From: Alkalispirochaeta sp.
GTDB lineage: Bacteria; Spirochaetota; Spirochaetia; DSM-27196; Alkalispirochaetaceae
Length of the DNA: 64,000 bases
NCBI GenBank assembly: GCA_965601925.1
Contig: OZ271854.1
Span: 3,232,001 to 3,296,000 of the forward strand
Direction of reading: 5' to 3'
The notes under the pieces are model-generated. The model ran no database searches. It was given only the letters and a program-made list of their open reading frames with translations, and was not told the origin of the DNA. The position numbers and the translations under genes were made by a program. Positions 9,534 to 18,638 of this stretch are shown in pieces (the first letter of the stretch is position 1; each line of letters starts with the position of its first letter).

Positions 9534-9685
9534 CGGATACGTTCGACGCGGTGCGATCTCACGGTAGCGTCTGTACGACGGAGCCCGACGCGGTCCAAAA
9601 AAGGATCTCGGGACGCACGCCGCTTGCCGTCGCCGGACGCCCGGTACGGGTCGCCCGGGCACGTATCGGCAATGGAGAGCGGTGT

Positions 9686-11515
9686 TCAGTGCGTAATGGC
9701 TCTCACCGCCCTCCGGGCCGCACGGGCGGCGTCGTGGACGTTGCCCCAATCGTTACCGGACGTATAGGCGTCCCCCGCAAAATATATCCTGTTCGCGACC
9801 GGCTCGGATAACGTCCGCACCCGTTTCCAGTCCTCATAATCGTTGAGATACGCGCCTTGTATGTACGGCTCGTCCGACCAGTTCTGAACGATATGGTTTA
9901 GGTAGCTCGGCGTCGCTTTGTTTGAAAAAATCGAGTCCAACTCTCGCAAGATGTATCGCTTCAGATCTCCGTCGGATAGCGACATATAGCGTTGCGCCGC
10001 GTTCCCGACGGCGAACAATCCCAATATGTTTCTATCGGTCTGTTGACCGTATGCCGCATCAAAATAGGTTACGTGACCGGATCGCTTGGGAGTGACGCTC
10101 AAGTCAGTATATGCGGGGTAAAACTTTTCGGAGAACTCCAGGAATACTTTCATGCCGTCCCATACAACGGCCCTCTTTACGGCCTGTAGTTTGTGTCTCG
10201 GCAGCGGTGGAACGAACTCGATGAGGCCGGTCCGGATCACCGGGAGCGGTGCGGTCACGATAACCGCGTCGGCGGTGTACTCAGCGTCCTGTGTTCGTAC
10301 GATCACGGTGTCGTCCGTGTAGTCGATGGTGCGTACCGCGGCGTTATAGACGATATGGCGCGCTACCGACGGAACGACATACCGTTCAAAGAAATCGAAC
10401 CACGTCCCGTGGACGAACTTTCTGTCACGAAAGGAATCTAACGCGTGCATTGATAAGGTATTGTTCTTCCAAAGACCGATACGCTCGGCCTCCGTGTATC
10501 CCGTCGTACGGACGGCAACGGCGACCGAGTCGTCATTGACGATGGTGTCGAAGATGTCGGCGTCGGCGGTAAGCCACTCGGCCCCTAAGGGAATGGGGAA
10601 GTCGGCGAAGGAGTCGGTCTTCTTCATACGTCCCCCGTAGCGCGAGGTCGCCTCGAGAACTTGAAACGATACCTGCTGTTGACTCAAAAAATGCCCGGCC
10701 GTCAGCCCCGCGGCCCCGGCGCCGACGATAAGCACGTTCCCGGAAAAGCCCGAGACGGCTCCCCTCCCATGACGAGACGTGTTGGGAGTCCGTGGGTGCG
10801 CATCGTTGTCGGCGGCGCGGAGCTCCAAGAGATCCCAGAGGTCGCTCTCTTCGTCCTCTTCCTCCGGGAGGTAGTGCGTTATCGCCCGGCGGATTAACAC
10901 AATCGCGATCGCCAGTCCGAGAAACCCCGGTATGCTGAGGGCGATTCGGGTGACGGCATTGACCTGGGCCACCTGCTGATTGAACAGCGTCGTCCCGAAA
11001 TCGGCCGTTACGATCCGCAGATTGAGGAGGAAGTTCGCGATCACCGCCGCCACATTGATACCGAGTATGAGTATCGTCCCATTGCGTATGGCGCGAGATA
11101 CCGTGGGCTCTTCGAATAACCCCTTGAGCAGCGCCACCTGTCTCGGCGAGGTCGCATACAACGCCTGCGCAAAGAAATAGTGCATCATCGGTCTACCGAC
11201 GATGAGTGAGCCGCCGAACACCATAACCGTAAGGATGGAACCGAAGCTGTCCTTTACGGCAAACCGAATACCATCGACGAACCAGAACGTCAGGAGGCCG
11301 CTCATGATCGCGGACGCTCCGATGTAGCTCGTGATGAAGTTGAATCGCTTCGTGATGAAGAATAGATCGATGAGGACCCACGCCGCCGGCACGAGGGCGG
11401 CGGCGACGTAGGCGCCTACCGTTCCGAGGTGTTCATTCAGGTTATTTAGGATAAGAATGGGAACGACCGTTCCCATGACGATGTCAAGAACGAGTTTCAC
11501 TCTGGTCGTATTCAC
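9686..11515 (-). CDS. Fusion of a VC0807-like multi-TM membrane domain and a flavin-dependent amine oxidase family domain
   Basis: About 215 hydrophobic N-terminal residues (DIV...VVPILIL), then LIVGAGAAGL, LEA..RYGGR, LGAEW, W..EPYI.GAY and IYFAGDA. Confidence 0.8.
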   Translation of the reverse strand: MNTTRVKLVLDIVMGTVVPILILNNLNEHLGTVGAYVAAALVPAAWVLIDLFFITKRFNFITSYIGASAIMSGLLTFWFVDGIRFAVKDSFGSILTVMVFGGSLIVGRPMMHYFFAQALYATSPRQVALLKGLFEEPTVSRAIRNGTILILGINVAAVIANFLLNLRIVTADFGTTLFNQQVAQVNAVTRIALSIPGFLGLAIAIVLIRRAITHYLPEEEDEESDLWDLLELRAADNDAHPRTPNTSRHGRGAVSGFSGNVLIVGAGAAGLTAGHFLSQQQVSFQVLEATSRYGGRMKKTDSFADFPIPLGAEWLTADADIFDTIVNDDSVAVAVRTTGYTEAERIGLWKNNTLSMHALDSFRDRKFVHGTWFDFFERYVVPSVARHIVYNAAVRTIDYTDDTVIVRTQDAEYTADAVIVTAPLPVIRTGLIEFVPPLPRHKLQAVKRAVVWDGMKVFLEFSEKFYPAYTDLSVTPKRSGHVTYFDAAYGQQTDRNILGLFAVGNAAQRYMSLSDGDLKRYILRELDSIFSNKATPSYLNHIVQNWSDEPYIQGAYLNDYEDWKRVRTLSEPVANRIYFAGDAYTSGNDWGNVHDAARAARRAVRAITH

Positions 11516-11563
11516 GCTTCATGCTCCTTACTCGCCGGCCGTCCCGCCGGGACGATACACCTG

Positions 11564-11608
11564 TTTATTATACGTTGTACAATATATTATTATACGGCGT
11601 ATAATAAT
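11564..11608. promoter_or_regulatory. Tandem AT-rich operator-like palindromes
   Basis: Perfect ATTATTATACG-G-CGTATAATAAT (11586-11608) preceded by an imperfect copy TTTATTATACG-T-TGTACAATATA (11564-11586). Confidence 0.65.
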
Positions 11609-11700
11609 TCAAGGGCGATGCACGACACCCGTAGCGTCGCCGAACCCAAAAACAAAACGTTTCATTGATTCCCGGCTCCTCGATGCGTAGAATCGTCGCC

Positions 11701-12126
11701 ATGAAGCGACCGACCATATGTTTAATCATCACCCTCCTCGTGCCCCCCTTGCTGACCGGTTCGGAGGCTGGGTACGTCGTGGCCGGAGAGATCACGTTTC
11801 CCGAGGGCGGATTCGTCTACGTCGAACTGGTTACCGAGGAGACCTTCGGCCGTAACGGCGTGTCTCCCTACCGTACCGTTCTCGAACCTGAGGAGGGTGT
11901 GCATACGCTTCCGTTTCGCTTCGATGCCATTCCGCCGGGCCGGTACGTGCTGCGCGCTTTCCAAGACGAGAACGGTGACGGGAGACTCAACCTGGGGCCG
12001 TTCGGGCCGCGAGAGCCGGTGGGCATGTACCGTTGGCCGGAACGTATGCGTATACCACCGCGGTTCGAGGCGAGCGCGTTTGCCGTCGACGACGACATGA
12101 TCGACATCAACATCGAGCTGGACTGA
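11701..12126 (+). CDS. DUF2141 domain secreted protein
   Basis: Signal peptide; F..IPPG.Y...AFQDENGDG.L..G.FGP.EP.G and P.F..AF motifs. Confidence 0.85.
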   Translation: MKRPTICLIITLLVPPLLTGSEAGYVVAGEITFPEGGFVYVELVTEETFGRNGVSPYRTVLEPEEGVHTLPFRFDAIPPGRYVLRAFQDENGDGRLNLGPFGPREPVGMYRWPERMRIPPRFEASAFAVDDDMIDINIELD

Positions 12127-12462
12127 TCCCCGCACGGCGAAGGCGATCATCGGCGGCGCGTCTCGCAGCATTGGTGTGCGGAGCGCCGTCTCTCCTATCG
12201 TGTCCCCCATCTCCCTACCGCATCGCAAAAAGCACAGGGCACCTCCTTCCATCATGCCGCAAAGGTGGGGTGGGCTACCGGTCGCGCCTCGCCGTTGTGC
12301 GTATGTCGGACACGCTTGCGACATCGTAGCCGCTCTGCGGACGCATTCCGGGGCGAATGCGACACCGGAGAGGCGGGCCTCGCCTATCCTCGCGGAGACG
12401 GCCGCGTATTTCGTGGAGGCGTGCCTCGATGTGAACGACGCCTCGAAGCGACGATTATTTTG

Positions 12463-12515
12463 TTGACCCCCGGCAAAAGGGGTGCTACGATCAACGCGAG
12501 CGGTTTGCGTTAACG
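12463..12515 (+). promoter_or_regulatory. Sigma70 promoter of the sugar ABC operon with a downstream palindrome
   Basis: TTGACC-N17-TACGAT with extended TG; CGTTAACG palindrome at 12508-12515 is a possible repressor site. Confidence 0.55.
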
Positions 12516-12568
12516 TACACGCACCCGATTAAACGCGGTCCGTTCAATCTCAAAGAAGGAGGACTCAC

Positions 12569-13648
12569 ATGCGAAGGTGGAGTCTCATACCCGTTGTGTT
12601 CCTAACGAGCCTGGTGATCGTCGCATCGTTGTTTGCCGCGGGAGGGCAAGAGAGCGACGCGCCGTTGGTCGGCATTGCGATGCCGACGCAGTCTTCGCAG
12701 CGATGGATTGAAGACGGCGGCAACATGCGCACGATTCTCGAGGAGCGAGGATACCGCGTGGATCTACAGTACGCCGAGGACAGCATCGACGCCCAAGTCA
12801 ATCAGATCGAGAATATGATCACCAAGGGTGCCGATGTGTTGGTTATTGCGTCCATCGACGGCGAGTCGCTGACCAACGTGTTGGAGGTCGCCGCGGAGAA
12901 CGACATCCCCGTCATCGCCTACGATCGGTTGATTCGAAACACCCCGCACGTGAGTTACTACGCGACGTTCGACAACTACTTAGTCGGCGTGCAACAGGGG
13001 AACTACATCGTCGAAGCACTTGAGCTTGCCTCGGGTTCCGGGCCGTTTAATGTGGAGATCTTCGCCGGGAGTCCCGACGATAACAACGCGTATTTCTTCT
13101 TTAACGGCGCGATGGACCAGCTGCAACCCTATATCGACGGCGGGCAACTCGTGGTTCGAAGCGGCCAGACCGACTTTGACGAGGTGGCAACCCTACGGTG
13201 GGACGGCGCGACGGCGCAGCAACGGATGGATAACGTCATCACGGCCCATTATACCGATGCGCGTATCGACGCGGTACTCTCGCCGTATGACGGTATCTCG
13301 ATCGGCGTTCTCTCCTCGCTCAAGAGCGCCGGATATGGACAGAGCGACCTCGTCCTACCGATCGTTACCGGACAAGACGCCGAGCTCCCATCGGTGAAAT
13401 CGATACTCGCCGGCGAGCAGACCCAGACGGTCTTCAAAGATACGCGAGTATTGGCCGAGCGCGCCGTGAGCATGGTCGAGGCGGTGCTCGAGGGTGGCGC
13501 GGCGGAGGTGAACGACACGACGACCTACGACAACGGCGTCGTTGTGGTGCCGTCGTTCTTGGAGCAACCCGTGTCGGTCGACATCACCAACTGGGAAGAG
13601 GTGCTTGTCGGTTCCGGATACTACACGCGCGAGCAAGTGACGGAGTGA
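12569..13648 (+). CDS. chvE: Multiple monosaccharide ABC transporter substrate-binding protein
   Basis: [35 protein letters not shown] and [23 protein letters not shown] motifs. Confidence 0.93.
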   Translation: MRRWSLIPVVFLTSLVIVASLFAAGGQESDAPLVGIAMPTQSSQRWIEDGGNMRTILEERGYRVDLQYAEDSIDAQVNQIENMITKGADVLVIASIDGESLTNVLEVAAENDIPVIAYDRLIRNTPHVSYYATFDNYLVGVQQGNYIVEALELASGSGPFNVEIFAGSPDDNNAYFFFNGAMDQLQPYIDGGQLVVRSGQTDFDEVATLRWDGATAQQRMDNVITAHYTDARIDAVLSPYDGISIGVLSSLKSAGYGQSDLVLPIVTGQDAELPSVKSILAGEQTQTVFKDTRVLAERAVSMVEAVLEGGAAEVNDTTTYDNGVVVVPSFLEQPVSVDITNWEEVLVGSGYYTREQVTE

Positions 13649-13669
13649 TACCTATTCGCGCCGTACCGA

Positions 13670-13699
13670 CGGGATCGAACGCCGATGCGTTTGATCCCG
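13670..13699 (+). promoter_or_regulatory. Intergenic stem-loop (mRNA stabiliser or partial terminator) after chvE
   Basis: CGGGATCGAACGC-CGAT-GCGTTTGATCCCG forms a 13-bp stem with no U tract. Confidence 0.6.
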
Positions 13700-13737
13700 C
13701 TTCCACCCTCGCGATAGCGGGCTGAAAGGATCGCATC

Positions 13738-15291
13738 GTGGCGGACTATCTCCTGGAGATGCGAAACATCACCAAGGCGTTCGGAAGCGTGAACGCCTTG
13801 ACCGGGGTCGATCTTGAACTTCCCGGCGATGAGATTCGCGCACTGGTCGGTGAAAACGGCGCCGGCAAATCGACGCTGATGAACGTCCTGAGCGGAGTCT
13901 ATCCTCACGGAACCTACACCGGCGATATCATCTTTCGGGGGACGCCGTGCAGATTTCGAGATATTCGCGACAGCGAACGGCTCGGTATTGCGATTATCCA
14001 CCAGGAGTTGGCCCTGATCCCCGAACTCTCGATTGCGGAGAACGTCTTTCTCGGCAACGAGCGTCAGCGACGCGGGGTGATCGATTGGAATCTTACGTTC
14101 GCCCAAAGTAAGAAGCTTCTGAATAAGGTGGGTCTCGATGAGAGTCCCGGTACCTTGGTGGGAGATATCGGCGTGGGCAAGCAACAGCTCGTCGAGATCG
14201 CCAAGGCGCTGGCCAAGGAGGTGCGTCTCCTGATCCTCGACGAGCCGACCGCCGCTCTCAACGACGCCGAGAGTCGCAAGCTCCTACAACTCTTACGGGA
14301 TCTCAAGGCGCACGGTGTCACCTCGATATTGATCTCTCACAAACTGAACGAGGTCTCCGAGATAGCCGACGCGGTAACGATTCTCCGCGACGGTGAGGTG
14401 ATCGAGACACTTACGCGCGCCTCCGACGGGTTCGACGAGGATCGAATCATCAAGAGTATGGTCGGACGCGCGCTGGTCGATCGTTTCCCACGGCGCGAGG
14501 CGGTCGTCGGCGACGAGATATTCCGCGTGCGGAACTGGACCGTGTACCATCCCGAGCACGAGGATCGACGAGTAGTGCGCGACGTCACCTTCGGCCTTCG
14601 CCGCGGCGAGGTGGTGGGACTCGCCGGGTTGATGGGCGCGGGGCGGACGGAGCTCGCCATGAGTCTCTTCGGTCGTTCTTACGGCATAAAACACTCCGGT
14701 ACGGTCTTCGTTCACGGACGGGAGGTCGCGTTGCGTACCGTCGAGGATGCGATCGACAACCGGATCGCCTACGTCACCGAGGATCGCAAGAATCTCGGGT
14801 TGGTGTTGATCGACGACATAAAGCGCAATATCTCGTTGCCCAACCTCTCCGCAATCAGTCGGCGGGGTGTCATCGACGAGAACCAAGAGATCGCACGAGC
14901 CGATGGATATCGAACGCAGCTGTCGATCCGCAGTTCCGGCATCGACCAGACGGTAGAGAGCCTCTCGGGCGGTAACCAGCAGAAGGTGGTGCTCGGGAAG
15001 TGGCTCATGTCCGATCCGGAGATTCTGTTCCTCGACGAGCCGACGAGGGGCATCGACGTGGGTGCCAAGTACGAGATCTACACGATCATCAATGAGTTGG
15101 CGGCTCAGGGAAAGTGTTTGTTAATGATCTCCTCGGAGCTTCCCGAGCTTCTCGGCATGTGCGACCGCATCTATGTCGTGAACGCCGGCGAAATCGCCGG
15201 AGAGCTCGCCCGCGGCGAGGCGACGCAAGAATCGATCATGAAGATCATCATGACTCACCAGAGGAGCGTCAAGGAGAGGCATAATCGATGA
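13738..15291 (+). CDS. mmsA: Multiple monosaccharide ABC transporter ATP-binding protein (MmsA/GguA)
   Basis: Tandem ABC domains: [44 protein letters not shown]. Confidence 0.93.
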   Translation: MADYLLEMRNITKAFGSVNALTGVDLELPGDEIRALVGENGAGKSTLMNVLSGVYPHGTYTGDIIFRGTPCRFRDIRDSERLGIAIIHQELALIPELSIAENVFLGNERQRRGVIDWNLTFAQSKKLLNKVGLDESPGTLVGDIGVGKQQLVEIAKALAKEVRLLILDEPTAALNDAESRKLLQLLRDLKAHGVTSILISHKLNEVSEIADAVTILRDGEVIETLTRASDGFDEDRIIKSMVGRALVDRFPRREAVVGDEIFRVRNWTVYHPEHEDRRVVRDVTFGLRRGEVVGLAGLMGAGRTELAMSLFGRSYGIKHSGTVFVHGREVALRTVEDAIDNRIAYVTEDRKNLGLVLIDDIKRNISLPNLSAISRRGVIDENQEIARADGYRTQLSIRSSGIDQTVESLSGGNQQKVVLGKWLMSDPEILFLDEPTRGIDVGAKYEIYTIINELAAQGKCLLMISSELPELLGMCDRIYVVNAGEIAGELARGEATQESIMKIIMTHQRSVKERHNR

Positions 15292-16460
15292 GCTCACTCA
15301 TTCAATTCTTCAGAAGTAACATTCGGCAGAACGGCATGGTCATGGCTCTGGTCTTCATCATGGTGCTGTTTCAGATACTGACCCGAGGAATTCTCTTCCG
15401 TCCGATGAACATTACCAACCTCGTGCTCCAGAACAGCTACATCTTGATTCTTGCAATCGGCATGCTTCTGTGTATTCTCACCGGTAACATCGACCTTTCG
15501 GTCGGATCGGTCGTCGCCTTCGTCGGCGCGGTCGCGGCGGTGATGATGGTCAACATGGATATCGGTGTCGCTCCGACGATAGTCGTATCACTTGCGATCG
15601 GCATCGTCGTCGGGATGTTTCACGGCGCGTTTATCGCGTTTGCCCGCATTCCGGCCTTCATCGTCACGCTTGCGGGAATGTTGATTTTTCGCGGCCTCAC
15701 CCTCGTGATTCTCAAGGGCCAAACGATCGGTCCCTTTGAGCGATCCTTCCAAAGCATCGCCGCCGGCTACCTTCCGGGGCGCGAGATCGAGATCGCGGGA
15801 TACAACGTAGTAGCTCTCGTCGTCGGAGTTGTGCTGTCGGTGTATTTCGTCATTGCGCTCCTCATGAGTCGCGCCGGTAAGGCGCGCTACGGATTCGATG
15901 TTCCGCCGGTCGGTATCGAGATCGCCCGTATCGTCTTCATCGTCGCTGCGATAAACGTGTTGACGCTGAGTTTGGCGGCGCATAACGGCATTCCGATCAT
16001 CTTGGTCCTGCTCTCGGCACTCATTCTGCTCTATACCTTCATCACCCGTAAGACTGTGTTCGGGCGTCATATCTATGCGTTGGGTGGAAATGAGAAGGCG
16101 GCGCGGCTCTCGGGCGTCAAAACGCAGAGGGTCATGTTTCTGGTCTACACCAATATGGGACTCTTGGCCGCGTTGGCGGGATTAGTCGTCGCGGGACGAC
16201 TCAACGCAGCCACGCCCAAGGCGGGCACGATGTTCGAGCTCGACGCGATCGCCGCCGCGTTCATCGGTGGTGCGTCCGCCTCGGGCGGTATCGGAACGGT
16301 CGTCGGCGCCGTCGTCGGCGGCCTGGTCATGGGTGTGCTCAACAACGGGATGTCCATCATGGGCGTAAGCGTCGATTGGCAGCAGGCGATAAAAGGGCTC
16401 GTACTCCTTGCCGCCGTCAGCTTCGATGTCTACACGAAAAACAAGGCCCACACCTCCTAA
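15288..16460 (+). CDS. mmsB: Multiple monosaccharide ABC transporter permease (MmsB/GguB)
   Basis: [44 protein letters not shown] and ELDAIAA motifs. Confidence 0.93.
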   Translation: MSSLIQFFRSNIRQNGMVMALVFIMVLFQILTRGILFRPMNITNLVLQNSYILILAIGMLLCILTGNIDLSVGSVVAFVGAVAAVMMVNMDIGVAPTIVVSLAIGIVVGMFHGAFIAFARIPAFIVTLAGMLIFRGLTLVILKGQTIGPFERSFQSIAAGYLPGREIEIAGYNVVALVVGVVLSVYFVIALLMSRAGKARYGFDVPPVGIEIARIVFIVAAINVLTLSLAAHNGIPIILVLLSALILLYTFITRKTVFGRHIYALGGNEKAARLSGVKTQRVMFLVYTNMGLLAALAGLVVAGRLNAATPKAGTMFELDAIAAAFIGGASASGGIGTVVGAVVGGLVMGVLNNGMSIMGVSVDWQQAIKGLVLLAAVSFDVYTKNKAHTS

Positions 16461-16527
16461 CCGACGACGTAGGCGTTCGACCGGAAATCGGTGGTCCTTC
16501 GAGCACCGAATGTAGTACCCTTGTCGC

Positions 16528-16704
16528 ATGAAGACGAATATGCTCGATACGAGCCGGCGTCGTACGGATCGGCGGCCGGTGCCCATCGGCGTGCGCACAG
16601 TTCAAGCCGCGTCGCGCATTCCCGATGGTCGTCAAACCCGTGCACGTACCCTTTCCCGTATCCTTCCCGTCTCCTCTCCCTGTCTTTGCCTCTGCTGTTG
16701 TTGA
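16528..16704 (+). CDS. Candidate cysteine-rich leader peptide (58 aa) of cysE-cysK
   Basis: Hand translation: MKTNMLDTSRRRTDRRPVPIGVRTVQAASRIPDGRQTRARTLSRILPVSSPCLCLCCC-stop. Five Cys codons fall in the last seven and none elsewhere; it ends 90 nt before cysE. Confidence 0.75.
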   Translation: MKTNMLDTSRRRTDRRPVPIGVRTVQAASRIPDGRQTRARTLSRILPVSSPCLCLCCC

Positions 16705-16794
16705 ACCTGCTCGCCAACTCCTAATTGTGGGCCTCGAAAACGGTACGCATCGTTCTCGGGGCAACGAGTCTCATAGTACGAAGGATGTACCGTC

Positions 16795-17640
16795 ATGAAG
16801 AACATCACAACACTTATCGACGATTTGCAGGAGAGTCATCGCAATCCGAGCCGCGGCCTCCCGTCTCGACGGGGCACTGCACAGTTTTTGGACGAATTGT
16901 TGGCGCTCCTCTTTCCACATTTCGCCTACGACGAACGCTACGGCTCATCCGAGGAGATTGCCGCCGCATTCATTCGTATCGAGCGACGCCTGCACCACCT
17001 CCTCGCTCCGCTGGAGGACCGCATGGAGCTGACATCGGAGGAGGGCGCGAGGGCGTTTTTGGACCATCTGCCGGCGGTGTATACGCTCCTGCAGGAAGAT
17101 GCGGCGGCGATCTACAACGGTGATCCCGCCGCCGAGTCGGTCGACGAGGTCGTTGCCGCCTATCCCGGCTTTTTCGCTATTGCGGCGTACCGCGTCGCGC
17201 ACTGCTTTTATCGCTCCGGCGTACCGGTCTTTCCGCGCATCATCACCGAGTACGCGCATCTGCGTACCGGGGTCGACATTCATCCCGGCGCCGAAATCGG
17301 GCGCGCCTTTTTCATCGACCACGCCACGGGCATCGTCATCGGCGAGACGACCAGGATCGGCAACCACGTGAAGATCTACCAAGGCGTCACGCTGGGGGCG
17401 TTGAGTGTCTCCAAAGAGATGCACAGCACCAAGCGCCACCCCACCATTGAGGATCGCGTTATCGTCTACTCGAACGCGACGATTCTCGGCGGCGACACGG
17501 TCGTGGGGCACGACAGTGTCATCGGCGGCAACTCGTGGGTCACCTCCAGCATCGAGCCGTACTCGGTTGTGTACAACCGCGCGGAGGTGCGTGTGCGCAA
17601 TACGCGCTCCTCGGACCATGAAATAATGTTTCACATCTAA
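16795..17640 (+). CDS. cysE: Serine O-acetyltransferase (CysE/EpsC type)
   Basis: [38 protein letters not shown] and KRHPT motifs. Confidence 0.95.
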   Translation: MKNITTLIDDLQESHRNPSRGLPSRRGTAQFLDELLALLFPHFAYDERYGSSEEIAAAFIRIERRLHHLLAPLEDRMELTSEEGARAFLDHLPAVYTLLQEDAAAIYNGDPAAESVDEVVAAYPGFFAIAAYRVAHCFYRSGVPVFPRIITEYAHLRTGVDIHPGAEIGRAFFIDHATGIVIGETTRIGNHVKIYQGVTLGALSVSKEMHSTKRHPTIEDRVIVYSNATILGGDTVVGHDSVIGGNSWVTSSIEPYSVVYNRAEVRVRNTRSSDHEIMFHI

Positions 17641-17663
17641 GGGGAAGGCAAAAGGAGAACATC

Positions 17664-18578
17664 ATGAAGATCGATACCATGTTAGAGGCGATCGGAAATA
17701 CGCCGCACCTCAGACTTAATCACCTCTACGACGAGCGGCACGAGGTATGGATGAAACTCGAACGTTCCAACCCCGGTGGGAGTATCAAGGATCGTATCGC
17801 CCTCTCGATGGTCGAGGCGGCCGAGCGCGACGGGCTCCTCTCGCCGGGTGGAACGATTATAGAGCCCACCTCGGGCAATACCGGCGTCGGCCTCGCGCTC
17901 GTTGGAGCGGTAAAGGGGTATCGGGTAATCCTGGTAATGCCCGAGTCGATGTCGATGGAGCGTCGACGGCTCATGGCGGTCTACGGCGCCGATTTCGAAC
18001 TCACACCCCGGGGCGAGGGCATGAAAGGGGCGATTCGTCGAGCCGAGGAGCTGACCGTCGAGCTCGACGGAGCGTGGATGCCCATGCAGTTCGCCAACCC
18101 CGCCAATCCCGCGATACACGAGGAGCGTACCGCCGCCGAAATCGCGGAGGATTTTCCCGACGGGCTGGACTACCTCATAACCGGCGTCGGAACCGGCGGG
18201 CACATCACCGGCGTCGCACGGCGGTTGAAAACGCTCTGGCCCGATGTGCGCGTTATCGCCGTGGAGCCGGCCGACTCGCCGGTGCTCAGCGGCGGTGAGC
18301 CGGCGAGCCACGCCATTCAGGGTATCGGCGCCGGCTTCATCCCCGAGGTCATGGATCAATCGCTTCTCGACGGAGTGGCGACGGTTACCAAAGCTGAGGC
18401 GTTCGAGTACGCCCGTCGCGCCGCCCGCGAAGAGGGAGCGCTCGTCGGCATTAGTTCCGGTGCGTCCCTGGCCGCAGTCGCCAAGAGGCTGGCGAACGAG
18501 ACCGAGCCGCGGCGCGTGCTGACCTTTTGCTACGATACCGGAGAGCGTTATCTCTCGATGGAAGACTTTTACATGTAG
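17664..18578 (+). CDS. cysK: Cysteine synthase A
   Basis: NPGGSIKDR (PLP lysine), [22 protein letters not shown] and DTGERYLS motifs. Confidence 0.96.
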   Translation: MKIDTMLEAIGNTPHLRLNHLYDERHEVWMKLERSNPGGSIKDRIALSMVEAAERDGLLSPGGTIIEPTSGNTGVGLALVGAVKGYRVILVMPESMSMERRRLMAVYGADFELTPRGEGMKGAIRRAEELTVELDGAWMPMQFANPANPAIHEERTAAEIAEDFPDGLDYLITGVGTGGHITGVARRLKTLWPDVRVIAVEPADSPVLSGGEPASHAIQGIGAGFIPEVMDQSLLDGVATVTKAEAFEYARRAAREEGALVGISSGASLAAVAKRLANETEPRRVLTFCYDTGERYLSMEDFYM

Positions 18579-18598
18579 CGCGCGTCCTCGTTGCGTTA

Positions 18599-18636
18599 CC
18601 GCCCGCGCCCGGCGTCGACGTCGGGCGCGCGGGCGG
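18599..18636. terminator. GC-rich hairpin between convergent cysK and kinase genes
   Basis: CCGCCCGCGC (18599-18608) is the reverse complement of GCGCGGGCGG (18627-18636), with further pairing inside; no clear U tract. Confidence 0.5.
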
Positions 18637-18638
18637 CG

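Noticed and set aside
1..12126. Integron cassette array, suggested by many small GNAT, VOC and methyltransferase genes and GTTAGGT at 3961.
   Set aside because: Genes are in mixed orientation with their own promoters, no repeated attC (RYYYAAC...GTTRRRY) structures were seen, and there is no integrase.
12127..12460. Loose inverted similarity (CGCACGGCGA near 12131 vs TCGCCGTTGTGCG near 12290) as a possible MITE or ncRNA.
   Set aside because: The match is imperfect and GC-rich, with no second copy or target-site duplication in the window.
16417..16764. ORF-track ORFs between mmsB and cysE (16457-16717 minus, 16491-16724 plus, 16417-16764 minus).
   Set aside because: No family motifs or good start signals; the untracked poly-Cys frame at 16528-16704 explains the region better.
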